Source: Acidimicrobiaceae bacterium
GTDB lineage: Bacteria > Actinomycetota > Acidimicrobiia > Acidimicrobiales > Bog-793
DNA length: 50,996 nt
NCBI GenBank assembly: GCA_003136185.1
Contig: PLDN01000024.1
Coordinates: 1 to 50,996 of the forward strand
Reading direction: 5' to 3'
A program made the translations under genes and the position numbers. Every line of letters starts with the position of its first letter. Position 1 is the stretch's first letter. Below are positions 32,939 through 42,983 of the stretch, one piece after another. The notes beneath the pieces are model-generated. The model saw nothing but the letters and a program-made list of their open reading frames with translations. It had not been told where the DNA came from and ran no database searches.

Positions 32939-35900
32939 ATGGCACGCAGCGTCGAGAGCACCACCGGCGACCGGGCCGCGATGCTCGCCGAGACCGGGCT
33001 GGTCCGGGCCGCACGGTACATCCAGCCCGGCGAGCCGTCGGTCGACGGGCGCGAAATCCACCGGCGCGGCGGGCGCCAAGCCGAGGAGTTCTACCGGGAG
33101 CGCTGGCGCCACGACAAGGTGGTGCGCTCCACCCACGGGGTGAACTGCACCGGGTCGTGCTCGTGGCAGGTCTACGTCAAAGACGGCATCATCACCTGGG
33201 AGACCCAGGCGGTCGACTACCCCTCGGTGGGCCCGGACTCCCCCGAGTACGAGCCACGGGGCTGCCCCCGGGGGGCGTCATTCTCCTGGTACACGTACTC
33301 ACCGGCCCGGGTCCGCTACCCCTACGTGCGCGGCGAGTTGCTCGAGCTGTTCCGGGAGGCGAGAACACGCCTCGGGGACCCGGTGGCAGCCTGGGCGGAG
33401 ATCACGGCCGACCCCGAGCGGGCCGGTCGGTACAAAAGGGCTCGGGGCCGGGGTGGCTTCGTCCGGGCGCCCTGGTCCGAAGTGCTGGAGCTGATCGCGG
33501 CGGCCCACGTCCACACCGTCGCCGCCTACGGACCGGACCGGACCGCCGCATTCACGGTGATCCCCGCGATGTCGATGGCCTCCTACGCGGCGGGCACGCG
33601 CTTCTACTCCCTGCTCGGCGGCACCATCTTGTCGTTCTACGACTGGTACGCCGACCTGCCCATCGCCTCGCCCCAGGTCTTCGGTGACCAGACCGACGTG
33701 CCTGAGTCGGCCGACTGGTGGAACGCCTCATACCTGATCGTCTGGGGGACCAACCTGCCGATCACCCGCACCCCCGACGCCCATTTCATGACCGAGGCCC
33801 GCTACCGGGGCCAGAAGGTCGTCGTCGTCTCGCCCGACTACTCCGACCACACCAAGTTCGCAGATGACTGGCTGGCAGCAAACCCGGGAACCGACGGGGC
33901 GCTGGCGATGGCGATGGGCCACGTGATGCTCACCGAGTTCTACCGGGACCGTCAGGTTCCCCGCTTCGAGGAGTACGGAAGGACTTACACCGACCTCCCG
34001 TTTCTCGTGTCTCTCCGTCAGCGGGGAGACGGTTACGTCCCTGACCACTTCCTCACTGCCGCCGACTTGGGTGACGCCGAGGAAGGGGCGGAATGGAAGA
34101 CGGTGGTGCTCGACGAGACGACCGGTGAACCGGCGGTGCCCAATGGTTCGCTCGGGTTCCGGTGGACCGAGCAGGGTGTGGGGCGATGGAACCTGCGCCT
34201 CGACGGGATCCGGCCCGCGCTCAGCTTGCACGGCCGGCCCGGCTCCGAGGCGCTGCCTGTCGACCTGCCTCGCTTCGACATCGGCGCCGGTGAGGGGGGC
34301 GGGGTGCTACGCCGGGGCGTGCCCGCATGCCGGGTCGGAGGGCGATTGGTAACCACCGTCTTCGACCTTGTCATGGCCCAGTACGGTGTCGCCCGGGAGG
34401 GCCTGCCCGGCGAGTGGCCGGCCTCCTACGAAGACGCATCGGTGCCGTACACGCCGGCTTGGCAGGAGCAGATCACGTCGGTCCCAGCCGTCGCTGCGGC
34501 CCGGGTGGCGCGCGAGTTCGCACGTAACGCCGAGGTGTCCGGCGGGCGCTCGATGATCGCTATGGGAGCGGGAACCAACCACTGGTATCACTCAGACCAG
34601 ATCTACCGGACCTTCCTGTCGCTTCTGATGCTCGGGGGTTGCGAGGGCGTGAACGGCGGTGGTTGGGCCCACTACGTCGGCCAGGAGAAGGTTCGCCCAC
34701 TGACCGGCTGGTTCACCCTTGCCTTCGCCTACGACTGGGCTCGCCCCACCCGGCACATGCCCGCCACGCCGTACTGGTACTTGGCCTCCGACCAATGGCG
34801 CTACGAGGGGTCCCGGGCCGATTTGTTGTCATCGCCGCTTGGGGAAGGTCGCCTGGCCGGACGCTCCGTCGCCGACCTCAACGCCTATGCGGCACGACTC
34901 GGTTGGCTGGCGTCCCATCCGACCTTCGACCGGAACCCGCTCGACCTGGCGGATCAGGCGGAAGCAGCTGGCAAGGACGTCGGTGAATACGTCGTCGAGG
35001 AGCTCGAGGCGGGCCGGCTTGGCTTCGCGGCGGCCGACCCCGACAACCCGGCCAACTTCCCCCGAGTCCTGACCGTGTGGCGCTCCAACCTGCTCGGTTC
35101 GTCGGGCAAGGGGCACGAGTACTTCCTGCGCCATCTGCTCGGCGCCGACAACGCCGTCGCCGCCACCGAGTGCCCACCCGACGCCCGGCCCGCCGAAGTG
35201 GTGTGGAGGGACCCCGCTCCCGAGGGCAAGCTCGACCTGCTAGTCGATATCGACTTCCGCATGACCTCGACGGGCATCTACGCCGACGTGGTCCTGCCCG
35301 CGGCGACCTGGTACGAGAAGCACGACCTGTCCTCCACCGACATGCATCCTTTTGTGCACTCCTTCAACCCTGCCATCGCACCCCCGTGGGAGGCCCGTTC
35401 GGACTTCGACCTCTTCGACGACCTCGCTGCTGAGTTCAGCCGTCTCGCCGCAGAGCATCTCGGCGTCCGGCGCGACGTCGTGGCCGTGCCGCTGCTGCAC
35501 GACAGCCCCGACGAGTGCGCCCAACCCGGGGGACGTGCGCTTGACTGGCAGGCGGGCGAGTGCGAACCAATACCGGGGAAGACAATGCCGCGTCTCGTGG
35601 TGGTGGAGCGGGATTACCCCCATCTCGCCGAGATGCATCGAGCGCTCGGACCGCTCGTCGAGGAGCTCGGGGCCACCGTCAAGGGTGTCAAGATGCCGAT
35701 CGGGGACGAGGTCGACTACCTCCGTTCTCGCAACGGCGTGACCCGCGGTGGGGTGGCCGACGGTCGGCCTCGCATCGATCGCGACGACCTGTTCTGCGAG
35801 GCCATCCTGGCCATGTCCGGTACCACCAATGGCCGTCTGGCCGTCGCAGGGTTCGAGGCGCTAGAGATCCGAACCGGTGTCGAACTGGCCGACCTTGCCC

Positions 35901-36643
35901 ACGAACGGGCCGGAGATCGCATCACGTTCGCCGATACGGTGACCCAGCCCCGATCGGTGATCTGCTCACCCGAGTGGTCGGGATGCGAGTCGGAGCGACG
36001 ACGCTACGCACCGTTCACGATAAATGTCGAGCGTCTGAAGCCGTGGCACACGCTCACCGGTCGACAGCACTTTCTCCTCGACCACGACTGGATGGCCGAG
36101 CTGGGTGAGATGCTGCCCACCTACCGACCACCCCTCGACCTCATCGCCACGTTCGGCGACCAACGCCGGGCAGACCTGGGCGAAGGCCAGTTGGTGGCCC
36201 GCTTTCTCACACCACACTCGAAATGGTCGATCCATTCCGAGTACCAGGACAACCCGCACATGCTCAATCTGTTCCGGGGCGGACCAGTGATCTGGCTGAA
36301 CGACCTGGACGCGACGCGAATCGACGTGTCCGACAACGACTGGATCGAGGCCTACAACCGCAATGGCGTCACCGTGGCACGTGCCGCGGTCACTCACCGA
36401 GTCCCGCCAGGGACGGTGCTCATGTACCACGCCGTTGACCGCCATCTGCAGATGCCGGTCTCGGAGCTGTCGGGCTTGCACGGAGGAACCGACAACTCCC
36501 TCACTCGGGTGGTGATGAAACCCACGCACATGATCGGCGGCTACGCCCAGCTCTCCTACGGGTTCAACTACTACGGACCGACCGGCTCGCAGCGCGATGA
36601 GCTTGCCGTGATCCGCCGTCGATCCCAGGAGGTCGAGTTCTGA
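32939..36643 (+). CDS. narG: Respiratory nitrate reductase alpha subunit
   Basis: HDKVVRSTHGVNCTGSCSW, EPRGCPRGASFSWY, SFYDWYADLP, DQTDVPESADW, GGGWAHYVGQEK, TPHSKWSIHS, YYGPTGSQRD. Confidence 0.98.
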   Translation: MARSVESTTGDRAAMLAETGLVRAARYIQPGEPSVDGREIHRRGGRQAEEFYRERWRHDKVVRSTHGVNCTGSCSWQVYVKDGIITWETQAVDYPSVGPDSPEYEPRGCPRGASFSWYTYSPARVRYPYVRGELLELFREARTRLGDPVAAWAEITADPERAGRYKRARGRGGFVRAPWSEVLELIAAAHVHTVAAYGPDRTAAFTVIPAMSMASYAAGTRFYSLLGGTILSFYDWYADLPIASPQVFGDQTDVPESADWWNASYLIVWGTNLPITRTPDAHFMTEARYRGQKVVVVSPDYSDHTKFADDWLAANPGTDGALAMAMGHVMLTEFYRDRQVPRFEEYGRTYTDLPFLVSLRQRGDGYVPDHFLTAADLGDAEEGAEWKTVVLDETTGEPAVPNGSLGFRWTEQGVGRWNLRLDGIRPALSLHGRPGSEALPVDLPRFDIGAGEGGGVLRRGVPACRVGGRLVTTVFDLVMAQYGVAREGLPGEWPASYEDASVPYTPAWQEQITSVPAVAAARVAREFARNAEVSGGRSMIAMGAGTNHWYHSDQIYRTFLSLLMLGGCEGVNGGGWAHYVGQEKVRPLTGWFTLAFAYDWARPTRHMPATPYWYLASDQWRYEGSRADLLSSPLGEGRLAGRSVADLNAYAARLGWLASHPTFDRNPLDLADQAEAAGKDVGEYVVEELEAGRLGFAAADPDNPANFPRVLTVWRSNLLGSSGKGHEYFLRHLLGADNAVAATECPPDARPAEVVWRDPAPEGKLDLLVDIDFRMTSTGIYADVVLPAATWYEKHDLSSTDMHPFVHSFNPAIAPPWEARSDFDLFDDLAAEFSRLAAEHLGVRRDVVAVPLLHDSPDECAQPGGRALDWQAGECEPIPGKTMPRLVVVERDYPHLAEMHRALGPLVEELGATVKGVKMPIGDEVDYLRSRNGVTRGGVADGRPRIDRDDLFCEAILAMSGTTNGRLAVAGFEALEIRTGVELADLAHERAGDRITFADTVTQPRSVICSPEWSGCESERRRYAPFTINVERLKPWHTLTGRQHFLLDHDWMAELGEMLPTYRPPLDLIATFGDQRRADLGEGQLVARFLTPHSKWSIHSEYQDNPHMLNLFRGGPVIWLNDLDATRIDVSDNDWIEAYNRNGVTVARAAVTHRVPPGTVLMYHAVDRHLQMPVSELSGLHGGTDNSLTRVVMKPTHMIGGYAQLSYGFNYYGPTGSQRDELAVIRRRSQEVEF

Positions 36644-36665
36644 TGCACCGGAGAGGAACGACCCG

Positions 36666-38297
36666 ATGAGGATCATGGCCCAGGTGTGCATGGTGATGAA
36701 TATCGACAAGTGCATCGGTTGTCACACCTGCACGGTCACCTGCAAGCAAACCTGGACGAACCGACCCGGCACCGAGTACGTCTACTTCAACAACGTCGAG
36801 ACCAAGCCCGGCCTCGGCTACCCGGCCCGCTACGAGGACCAGGAACAGTGGAAGGGCGGCTGGGAGCTCGACCGCAAGGGCCGCCTCCGGCTACGGGGAG
36901 GGAGCCGGCTGAAACGGTTGGCGACGATCTTCTACAACCCGGATCTGCCCACCATCGACGACTATCACGATCCTTTCACCTATGACTACGCCAGTCTCAT
37001 AACCGCCCCGGCCGGCACGAAGGCGCCGAGCGTGTCCGCTCGCTCCGCCCTGACGGGGCGGGAGATGGTCCCCAACTGGGGAACGAACTGGGAGGACGAC
37101 CTGGCCGGCGCTCCCGAGCGCGCCCTCGCCGACCCGAACATCGTCGCCATGGCCGAGAAGGTGAAGCTCGACTTCGAGTCGGTCTTCATGTTCTACCTGC
37201 CGCGGATCTGCGAACACTGCCTCAATCCCTCCTGCGTCGCCAGCTGCCCGTCGGGAGCGATGTACAAACGCGAGGAGGACGGGATCGTGCTGGTCGACCA
37301 GGACCGGTGCCGTGGCTGGCGTTTCTGCGTCTCAGGGTGTCCTTATAAGAAGGTGTATTTCAACCACCGCACCGGCAAGGCGGAGAAGTGCACGTTGTGC
37401 TTCCCGCGGATCGAGGCCGGCTTGCCCACCATCTGCTCGGAGACGTGCCCCGGCCGGCTTCGCTACCTCGGCCTGGTCCTCTACGACGCCGACGCGGTGA
37501 CCGCCGCCGCCGCAACCCCGGATCCCGAGGACCTCTACGAGGCACAGCTTCAGGTGTTCTTGGACCCGAGCGATCCCGCGGTCGCCGCCGAGGCCGAACG
37601 CCAGGGAATCGCGCACGACTGGATTGCGGCGGCGAAGCGTTCGCCCGCTTACGCCCTCATCGTTCGCCACCGCGTCGCCCTGCCCCTGCACCCCGAGTAC
37701 CGGACGATGCCCATGGTCTGGTACGTCCCGCCCCTCTCCCCAGTGGCCGATGTCACCGCCACAGCGGGTTATGACGAGACGAGCCCCGACGCCATCTTCG
37801 CCACGATCGATGCCCTACGGATCCCCATCGAGTACTTGGCGAACCTGTTCACTGCCGGCCGGATCGGTCCCGTGCGCGACGCCCTTCGCCGCCTGGCCAT
37901 GGTCCGAACGGTCATGCGTGCCAATCAGCTCGGTCAGGCACCGACGGTCGATCCTGGCGACGTGGGGATGACCGAGGCCGATGCCGAGGACCTGTTTCGG
38001 CTGCTGGCCATCGCCCGTTACGAGGACCGCTACGTCGTCCCCCCCGCTCATGCTGAGAATGCCGGGCGGCTCCTCGCCCAGCACTCGCTCGGTGGTTGCT
38101 CGTTGGACGATGAGGGAGGCCCCGGCATGGGCGGTGCCGGGCCAGCCGGCGAGGCAGTTCCTGGCTTTCATCTTCGAGGCGAGGAAGGAGCTGATGGCCA
38201 GGTCACCAGGCGCGACGACAAGGGCCGCGTTCATCTGCGGGTGACCGAGACATCGCTTTCTCCCCCCGGCCCTCAGGCATCGGGGCCGAGCATATGA
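36666..38297 (+). CDS. narH: Respiratory nitrate reductase beta subunit
   Basis: DKCIGCHTCTVTCK, PRICEHCLNPSCVASCPSG, CRGWRFCVSGCPYKK, KCTLCFPR..CSETC. Confidence 0.98.
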   Translation: MRIMAQVCMVMNIDKCIGCHTCTVTCKQTWTNRPGTEYVYFNNVETKPGLGYPARYEDQEQWKGGWELDRKGRLRLRGGSRLKRLATIFYNPDLPTIDDYHDPFTYDYASLITAPAGTKAPSVSARSALTGREMVPNWGTNWEDDLAGAPERALADPNIVAMAEKVKLDFESVFMFYLPRICEHCLNPSCVASCPSGAMYKREEDGIVLVDQDRCRGWRFCVSGCPYKKVYFNHRTGKAEKCTLCFPRIEAGLPTICSETCPGRLRYLGLVLYDADAVTAAAATPDPEDLYEAQLQVFLDPSDPAVAAEAERQGIAHDWIAAAKRSPAYALIVRHRVALPLHPEYRTMPMVWYVPPLSPVADVTATAGYDETSPDAIFATIDALRIPIEYLANLFTAGRIGPVRDALRRLAMVRTVMRANQLGQAPTVDPGDVGMTEADAEDLFRLLAIARYEDRYVVPPAHAENAGRLLAQHSLGGCSLDDEGGPGMGGAGPAGEAVPGFHLRGEEGADGQVTRRDDKGRVHLRVTETSLSPPGPQASGPSI

Positions 38298-38923
38298 AGT
38301 GGCCCGTAGCCAAACTCGTGTTCGGCTGCGCGTCGGTGCTGCTCAGCTACCCCGAGGACGGTTTCGCTGACGACCTCGCGGCCGTGGCCGACGTGCTTCA
38401 GCGGCTCCCCAAGGGCCACGAGCGAGCCCGCATGGAAGAGACCCGCTCGTGGCTGGCCGGAATGTCTGCGATGGAGGCTGCCGCGTGCTATGTGGACACC
38501 TTCGACCTGCGCCGCCGGCGGACATTGCATCTCACCTACTACCGCCATGGCGATACCCGCGAGCGAGGGATGGCACTGACGGCCCTTGTCGACGCCTATC
38601 GGGCCGCCGGAGTCCGCATCGTACCGGGCGAGCTCCCCGACTTCCTGCCGGCGCTCCTGGAGCTGGCGGCCATGGTCCCTGCCGGCGCCGCCGTGCTCGC
38701 CGAGCACCGAGCCGCCCTCGACGCTCTCCGTGTCGACCTCACGAGCGCCAAGAGCCCGTATGCGGGTGTTGTCGAAGCGGCGACCGACGCTCTTGGTGCG
38801 TCGTCGCGAGCCGACCGCGAGGCTCTTCGCCGCTACCGCGCCCATGGGCCACCCTCAGAGCGCGTCGGCCTCGAGCCCTTCGCTCCGCCAGAGATCATCC
38901 ACCTCGGCGTCACGCGCCGGTGA
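38294..38923 (+). CDS. narJ: Nitrate reductase molybdenum cofactor assembly chaperone
   Basis: LLSYP, YVDTFD, LHLTYY..GDTRERGMAL, ELPDFLP, ERVGLEPF. Confidence 0.95.
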   Translation: MKWPVAKLVFGCASVLLSYPEDGFADDLAAVADVLQRLPKGHERARMEETRSWLAGMSAMEAAACYVDTFDLRRRRTLHLTYYRHGDTRERGMALTALVDAYRAAGVRIVPGELPDFLPALLELAAMVPAGAAVLAEHRAALDALRVDLTSAKSPYAGVVEAATDALGASSRADREALRRYRAHGPPSERVGLEPFAPPEIIHLGVTRR

Positions 38924-39672
38924 GCGGTGTCAGCGGCTTCGAATTGTTCCTGTGGGTGATCCTCCCGTACCTCGCTCTTGCCACCTTCGTCATCGGTCAC
39001 ATCTGGCGCTACCGCTACGACCAGTTCGGCTGGACTAGCCGCTCGACCCAGCTGCAGGAGAAGCGCTGGCTCAAGTGGGGCAGTCCCATTTTTCACTACG
39101 GGACCTTCGCCGCCATCGGCGGTCATGTCATCGGCATCCTGATCCCTGAGAGCTGGACGCATGCCATCGGGATCCCCGAGGTCGCCTACCGATGGTTCTC
39201 CGCTGGCGCCGGCACGCTCGCTGCTGTGCTGGTCATCGTCGGGGTGGTCATTCTCGCCGGTCGGCGGCTGTTCGTCACCCGGGTCCGAGCCACCACCAGC
39301 CCGGTCGACTGGCTGGCGCTCATCCTGCTGGCGATCGTGATCGTCATGGGCATCGCCGAGACCGTTGGGGTCGGCCTGCTCGGCGGTGGTTACGACTACC
39401 GCGAGAGCGTGGCACTGTGGTTTCGGGGCCTGTTCGTCGGCAACCCTGACGTGCGGGCCATCGCCCATGCCCCCCTCATTTACCAGGTGCATGCCACCGC
39501 CGCCTGGGCGGTGATCGCCGTGTGGCCCTTCAGCCGGCTCGTGCATGCCTGGAGCTACCCGGTGTGGTACTTGTGGAGACCGTTCGTCGTATACCGCAGC
39601 CGGGTCGCGGCCCGCCCCAATGAGCCGGGCACGAGCGGTCGCCGGTGGCGCAAGATCGGCACCCCGTACTGA
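38920..39672 (+). CDS. narI: Respiratory nitrate reductase gamma subunit (cytochrome b)
   Basis: RYRYDQFGWTSRSTQL, FHYG..GH, WFRGL, YQVH, WPFSRLVH. Confidence 0.96.
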   Translation: MSGVSGFELFLWVILPYLALATFVIGHIWRYRYDQFGWTSRSTQLQEKRWLKWGSPIFHYGTFAAIGGHVIGILIPESWTHAIGIPEVAYRWFSAGAGTLAAVLVIVGVVILAGRRLFVTRVRATTSPVDWLALILLAIVIVMGIAETVGVGLLGGGYDYRESVALWFRGLFVGNPDVRAIAHAPLIYQVHATAAWAVIAVWPFSRLVHAWSYPVWYLWRPFVVYRSRVAARPNEPGTSGRRWRKIGTPY

Positions 39673-39733
39673 GCACCGGATCCGATGAACTGCACGATGT
39701 GATGCGTCGCCACCGTGCCGGGAGGACTCAGCG

Positions 39734-40909
39734 ATGAGCTGGATAGGCGGGAACCCGGATCCGACGAGCCCCGAGCGCAAGCCACGCACCCCCGGGGTCC
39801 CAGCTCCTGCCACTGCGCCAACCCAGACCGGCCAGGCGGTACCTGGCGGTCTGGTGCAGCGTGCGCTGGCCACGCTCGACCCCGGCTACTTCGCCTGGGT
39901 GATGGCGAGCGGCATCGTGTCGGTCGGGACTGACCTGGCCGGCGAGCCACTGCTCTCTCGGGTGGTCCTCGGAGTGACCATCGTCGCATTCGTCCTGCTC
40001 GTCCCGGCCTATACCGCCCGGATGCTGTGGTTCAGGTCCTACGTTCGCCAGAGCTTGGGCGACCCGACCACCGCCATGGCCTACTTCACGGTGGTGGCCG
40101 GCACCGACGTGCTCGCGATACGGCTCGCCATGGCGGGCCACCCGCTCGTTGCCCTCGGCCTCGGTGCCGCCGGCGCGCTGGTGTGGGTGGTGCTGACCTA
40201 CGGGCTGCCGTGGTCGATCGTGGCGGGCGCCCACCGCCCGGTGTTGGGCGAGCTGAACGGCACCTGGCTCGTCTGGGTTGTCGCCACCCAGTCGCTCTCG
40301 ATCGTCGCCGCGGTCGTTACCCCCCACGCCCCCGCGTCGTGGCTGACCGCCGACCTCCCGGTGGTGGCCGTCTGCCTGTGGGGAGTGGGCGTCATGCTCT
40401 ACCTCGTGTTCATCGTGATCATCTTCCTGCGCCTGCTCCTGATCGAGGTCACCCCCGCCGAGATGGGCCCGGCCTACTGGATCGCCATGGGAGCAACTGC
40501 CATCAGCGTCCGCGCCGCCGCTGGCATCATCTCACTGCACGGCCCGCACGCGGCCACCCTTGTCACCGCGCTCCGGCCGTTCCTAATCGGGCTGTCTGTC
40601 GTGCTCTGGGCGTTCGGCACCTGGTGGATCCCGTTGCTGATCTTGTTCGGCATCTGGCGCTACGTGGTTCGCGGTTACTCGCGGGCCTACGAGCCCCGGC
40701 TGTGGAACGTGGTGTTCCCCCTCGGCATGTATGCCGTGGCCTCCGACACCCTGGGGCGGGCCGCCGGGCTGGGCTTCATGGTGTCAGTGGCCCGCGTGTG
40801 GGTCTGGGTGGGAGTCGCCGCCTGGGCGGTGGTGCTCGCCCTCATGCTCGCCGCGCTGGAGCGAGCCCTGGTGGGCCAGCAGATCGGCACCGCGGACCAT
40901 CACGCGTGA
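39734..40909 (+). CDS. SLAC1/TDT (tellurite-resistance/dicarboxylate transporter) family anion channel
   Basis: PGYFAWVMASGIVS, FTVVAG, NGTWLVWVVATQS, PAYWIAMGATAIS, WNVVFPLGMYA; about 10 TM. Confidence 0.88.
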   Translation: MSWIGGNPDPTSPERKPRTPGVPAPATAPTQTGQAVPGGLVQRALATLDPGYFAWVMASGIVSVGTDLAGEPLLSRVVLGVTIVAFVLLVPAYTARMLWFRSYVRQSLGDPTTAMAYFTVVAGTDVLAIRLAMAGHPLVALGLGAAGALVWVVLTYGLPWSIVAGAHRPVLGELNGTWLVWVVATQSLSIVAAVVTPHAPASWLTADLPVVAVCLWGVGVMLYLVFIVIIFLRLLLIEVTPAEMGPAYWIAMGATAISVRAAAGIISLHGPHAATLVTALRPFLIGLSVVLWAFGTWWIPLLILFGIWRYVVRGYSRAYEPRLWNVVFPLGMYAVASDTLGRAAGLGFMVSVARVWVWVGVAAWAVVLALMLAALERALVGQQIGTADHHA

Positions 40910-40955
40910 CGACGGCCAGGAGTTCCACTTCGGATTCCACCACTGGGTGTCGGCA

Positions 40956-41240
40956 ATGACCTCCCACGTACCCACCCTGCGAGTCCTCCGATGGGGAAGA
41001 GCACGCATCGGCGCCTACCTGGCACTGACCAAGCCGCACATTATCGAGCTGCTGCTCGTAACGACCACCGGGACATCGACCGCCTCGTCGACCGGAGGCA
41101 GAACCGGCCCCTGGTCGCTAGCGCTGTCACCCCGCGTGCCGCCCTCACGTTCGCCGTCTCGCTGGAGGTCCTGGCCTTCGTCGAGCTGTAGGCGCTGGTC
41201 AACCTGCTGTCGGCGGTGCTGGCCGATCCCGGTGTCGTGA
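40956..41240 (+). pseudogene. ctaB: Heme o synthase (protoheme IX farnesyltransferase) remnant
   Basis: AYLALTKPHIIELLLVTT joined directly to RDIDRLVDRRQNRPLV..TPRAALTF; internal deletion, stop and truncation. Confidence 0.78.
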
Positions 41241-41269
41241 TACGTGTCGACATAGAGGGCCCGCAAGCC

Positions 41270-41393
41270 GAGCGAGACCGACCCCGCCCTCGGTCACCGC
41301 ACGCGCCAGATGCCCGTGGGCGACACCGGCCACCGGCGCCACCACAATCGGAAGACGGATGCCCAGGCGTCTCGTGAGCTCGGTGTGCAACAT
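41270..41393 (-). pseudogene. Nitronate monooxygenase N-terminal remnant
   Basis: MLHTELTRRLGIRLPIVVAPVAGVAHGHLARAVTEGGVG resembles the start of the NMO family, then similarity ends. Confidence 0.68.
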
Positions 41394-41457
41394 GGTCGAC
41401 CTCTATGTGTGGTCCTCGGCCGGCGGTCGGCGCAGGACGAGTACCTTTCCCGACGGC

Positions 41458-42132
41458 TCAGGCGGAGGCTGCCACCGAGGGCTCGCGGCGCACTACGAGG
41501 CGACAGCCGGCGCGCTTCGGGTCCTTGGCCACTAGGCGCTCCACCTCAAGACCGCCAAGGCCCTCGGTCAGTCCCTCGGCCAAGCCCAGGTGAAGCTGGC
41601 AGATGGTGCCTGGATCGGAATCTGCCACCTCGGCGAAGGGGCAGCGACCGAGGACGAAGTCCACCCGCCGCCCCCGCTCCACCCGGGTGGGCCGGAAGCC
41701 GCGGCGTACCATCTCTGCCTCCAGCAACTCGACCTGGTCGCCCCCCCCGGCAAGCTCGGCAGCACGCCGGTGGCCGTCCTGACGGCCCACCTGGCGGGGT
41801 TCCTGCCTGCGGCGGACGGCGTCGCTCAGCAGCTTTGCCAACCAGGCGTAGCCGCCACTGGTGCCCCACCGGCCCGTAGCTTCCGGGTGCAGGCGGTACA
41901 GCAGCCGCGGTCGTCCGGGCCGGGAACGGTCCTCGACTTCCTCGACCACCAGGCAGGCCTCCTTGAGGACCGCTAGGTGCTGGCGGACGGCGTTGTGGTT
42001 GAGGCGTACGTAGGCGGTGAGCTCGGCCACCCCAACCGGTCCTGGCGCGTCCGCGATGTAGCGGAACAGGCGATGACGCGTAGGGTCGCCGAGGGCCCGC
42101 GCCTCAAGCTGAAGCTCGTCATCTTCGACCGT
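41458..42132 (-). CDS. SufR/ArnR-like transcriptional regulator (ArsR-type wHTH plus three-Cys C-terminal domain); apparent start codon ACG
   Basis: ARALGDPTRHRL..LNHNAVRQHLAVL..GRPRLLY..CPF..ICQLHLGL..GCRL. The frame is open up to ACG at 42132, with GAAGGGA 7 nt upstream. Confidence 0.85.
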   Translation of the reverse strand, partial: TVEDDELQLEARALGDPTRHRLFRYIADAPGPVGVAELTAYVRLNHNAVRQHLAVLKEACLVVEEVEDRSRPGRPRLLYRLHPEATGRWGTSGGYAWLAKLLSDAVRRRQEPRQVGRQDGHRRAAELAGGGDQVELLEAEMVRRGFRPTRVERGRRVDFVLGRCPFAEVADSDPGTICQLHLGLAEGLTEGLGGLEVERLVAKDPKRAGCRLVVRREPSVAASA

Positions 42133-42154
42133 GGCCTGATCCCTTCGCTTCCTG

Positions 42155-42178
42155 ATCTTCTAGTCTACACCGGAACAA
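42155..42178. promoter_or_regulatory. Palindromic operator copy 10 (TTCTAG-TCTACA-CCGGAA), upstream of the regulator
   Basis: Core at 42159-42174, about 27 bp upstream of the regulator start; overlaps a minus-strand TAGACT. Confidence 0.7.
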
Positions 42179-42530
42179 TCCAGGGCTCGTGCGCGCCGCT
42201 CTCTCGGTCGTCGCCTGGGTAGCAGCGGAGCCCGGCTGTTCGCTCGGTGCAGACGCTCGACCCCGAAGGGTGCAATGACTCCTACACCGTGTGGGGTGCA
42301 ATTACTCGTGCACCGGCCTTGACCTGGTCTTCGATGCGGACCACGCTGGACGGTCGTGGCCTGAAGTGTGCAAGTACTGGCCCACCGACCTTGACCTGGG
42401 CTGGAAGGCGCGTCACGCTGGCCGATCGTGGTCCTGTCGGAGCCCTCCAGCTCGGAGACATCCTCCCCGATCCGCGGTACTGTCCGAGGACTCGCGGCCA
42501 GCGTCCTCCTCCTTGCGTAGTCCCGGATCC

Positions 42531-42983
42531 TCAGTCACTCACCCACCCTCGTCTCGGTCGGATCTGCACGTTCGCTCGCCGAAGTGCCTTGCCGACTGTG
42601 GAAGCGGTGACTCCGAAGCGGTGGCCGATGGCGGCGAGCGAGAGCCCGTCGCGATAGAGACCCGCGGCCCGTGCGACATCCTCAGCGCTGAGCTTGGGGC
42701 CCGTCTGCCGCCGAGGGACACTGTTGCGATCGAGATGAGTGAGCACCGTGGTGCGGTTGACGTTGAAGCGGGCGACAAGCTGGCCTACGGAGCTCCCTTC
42801 ATCGTACGCGGCAATGAGCCGATCCACGTCAGCGCGTCCGAGCCGGCGCTGGACCTGTCGATTGCCAGTTCCGATCCGCCGGGTTGCTCCGGCGTCGACG
42901 TCTTCTCGGCACTCACGACCGCGACGTCCCTGGTCATCACAGGCCTGAACGAAGTCGACCGCGGGGTTTGAAAGCCGTCCCAT
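42531..42983 (-). CDS. Tandem helix-turn-helix protein
   Basis: Two HTH-like units: LIAAYDEGSSVGQLVARFNVNRTTV and AAGLYRDGLSLAAIGHRFGVTASTV. Confidence 0.7.
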   Translation of the reverse strand: MGRLSNPAVDFVQACDDQGRRGRECREDVDAGATRRIGTGNRQVQRRLGRADVDRLIAAYDEGSSVGQLVARFNVNRTTVLTHLDRNSVPRRQTGPKLSAEDVARAAGLYRDGLSLAAIGHRFGVTASTVGKALRRANVQIRPRRGWVSD

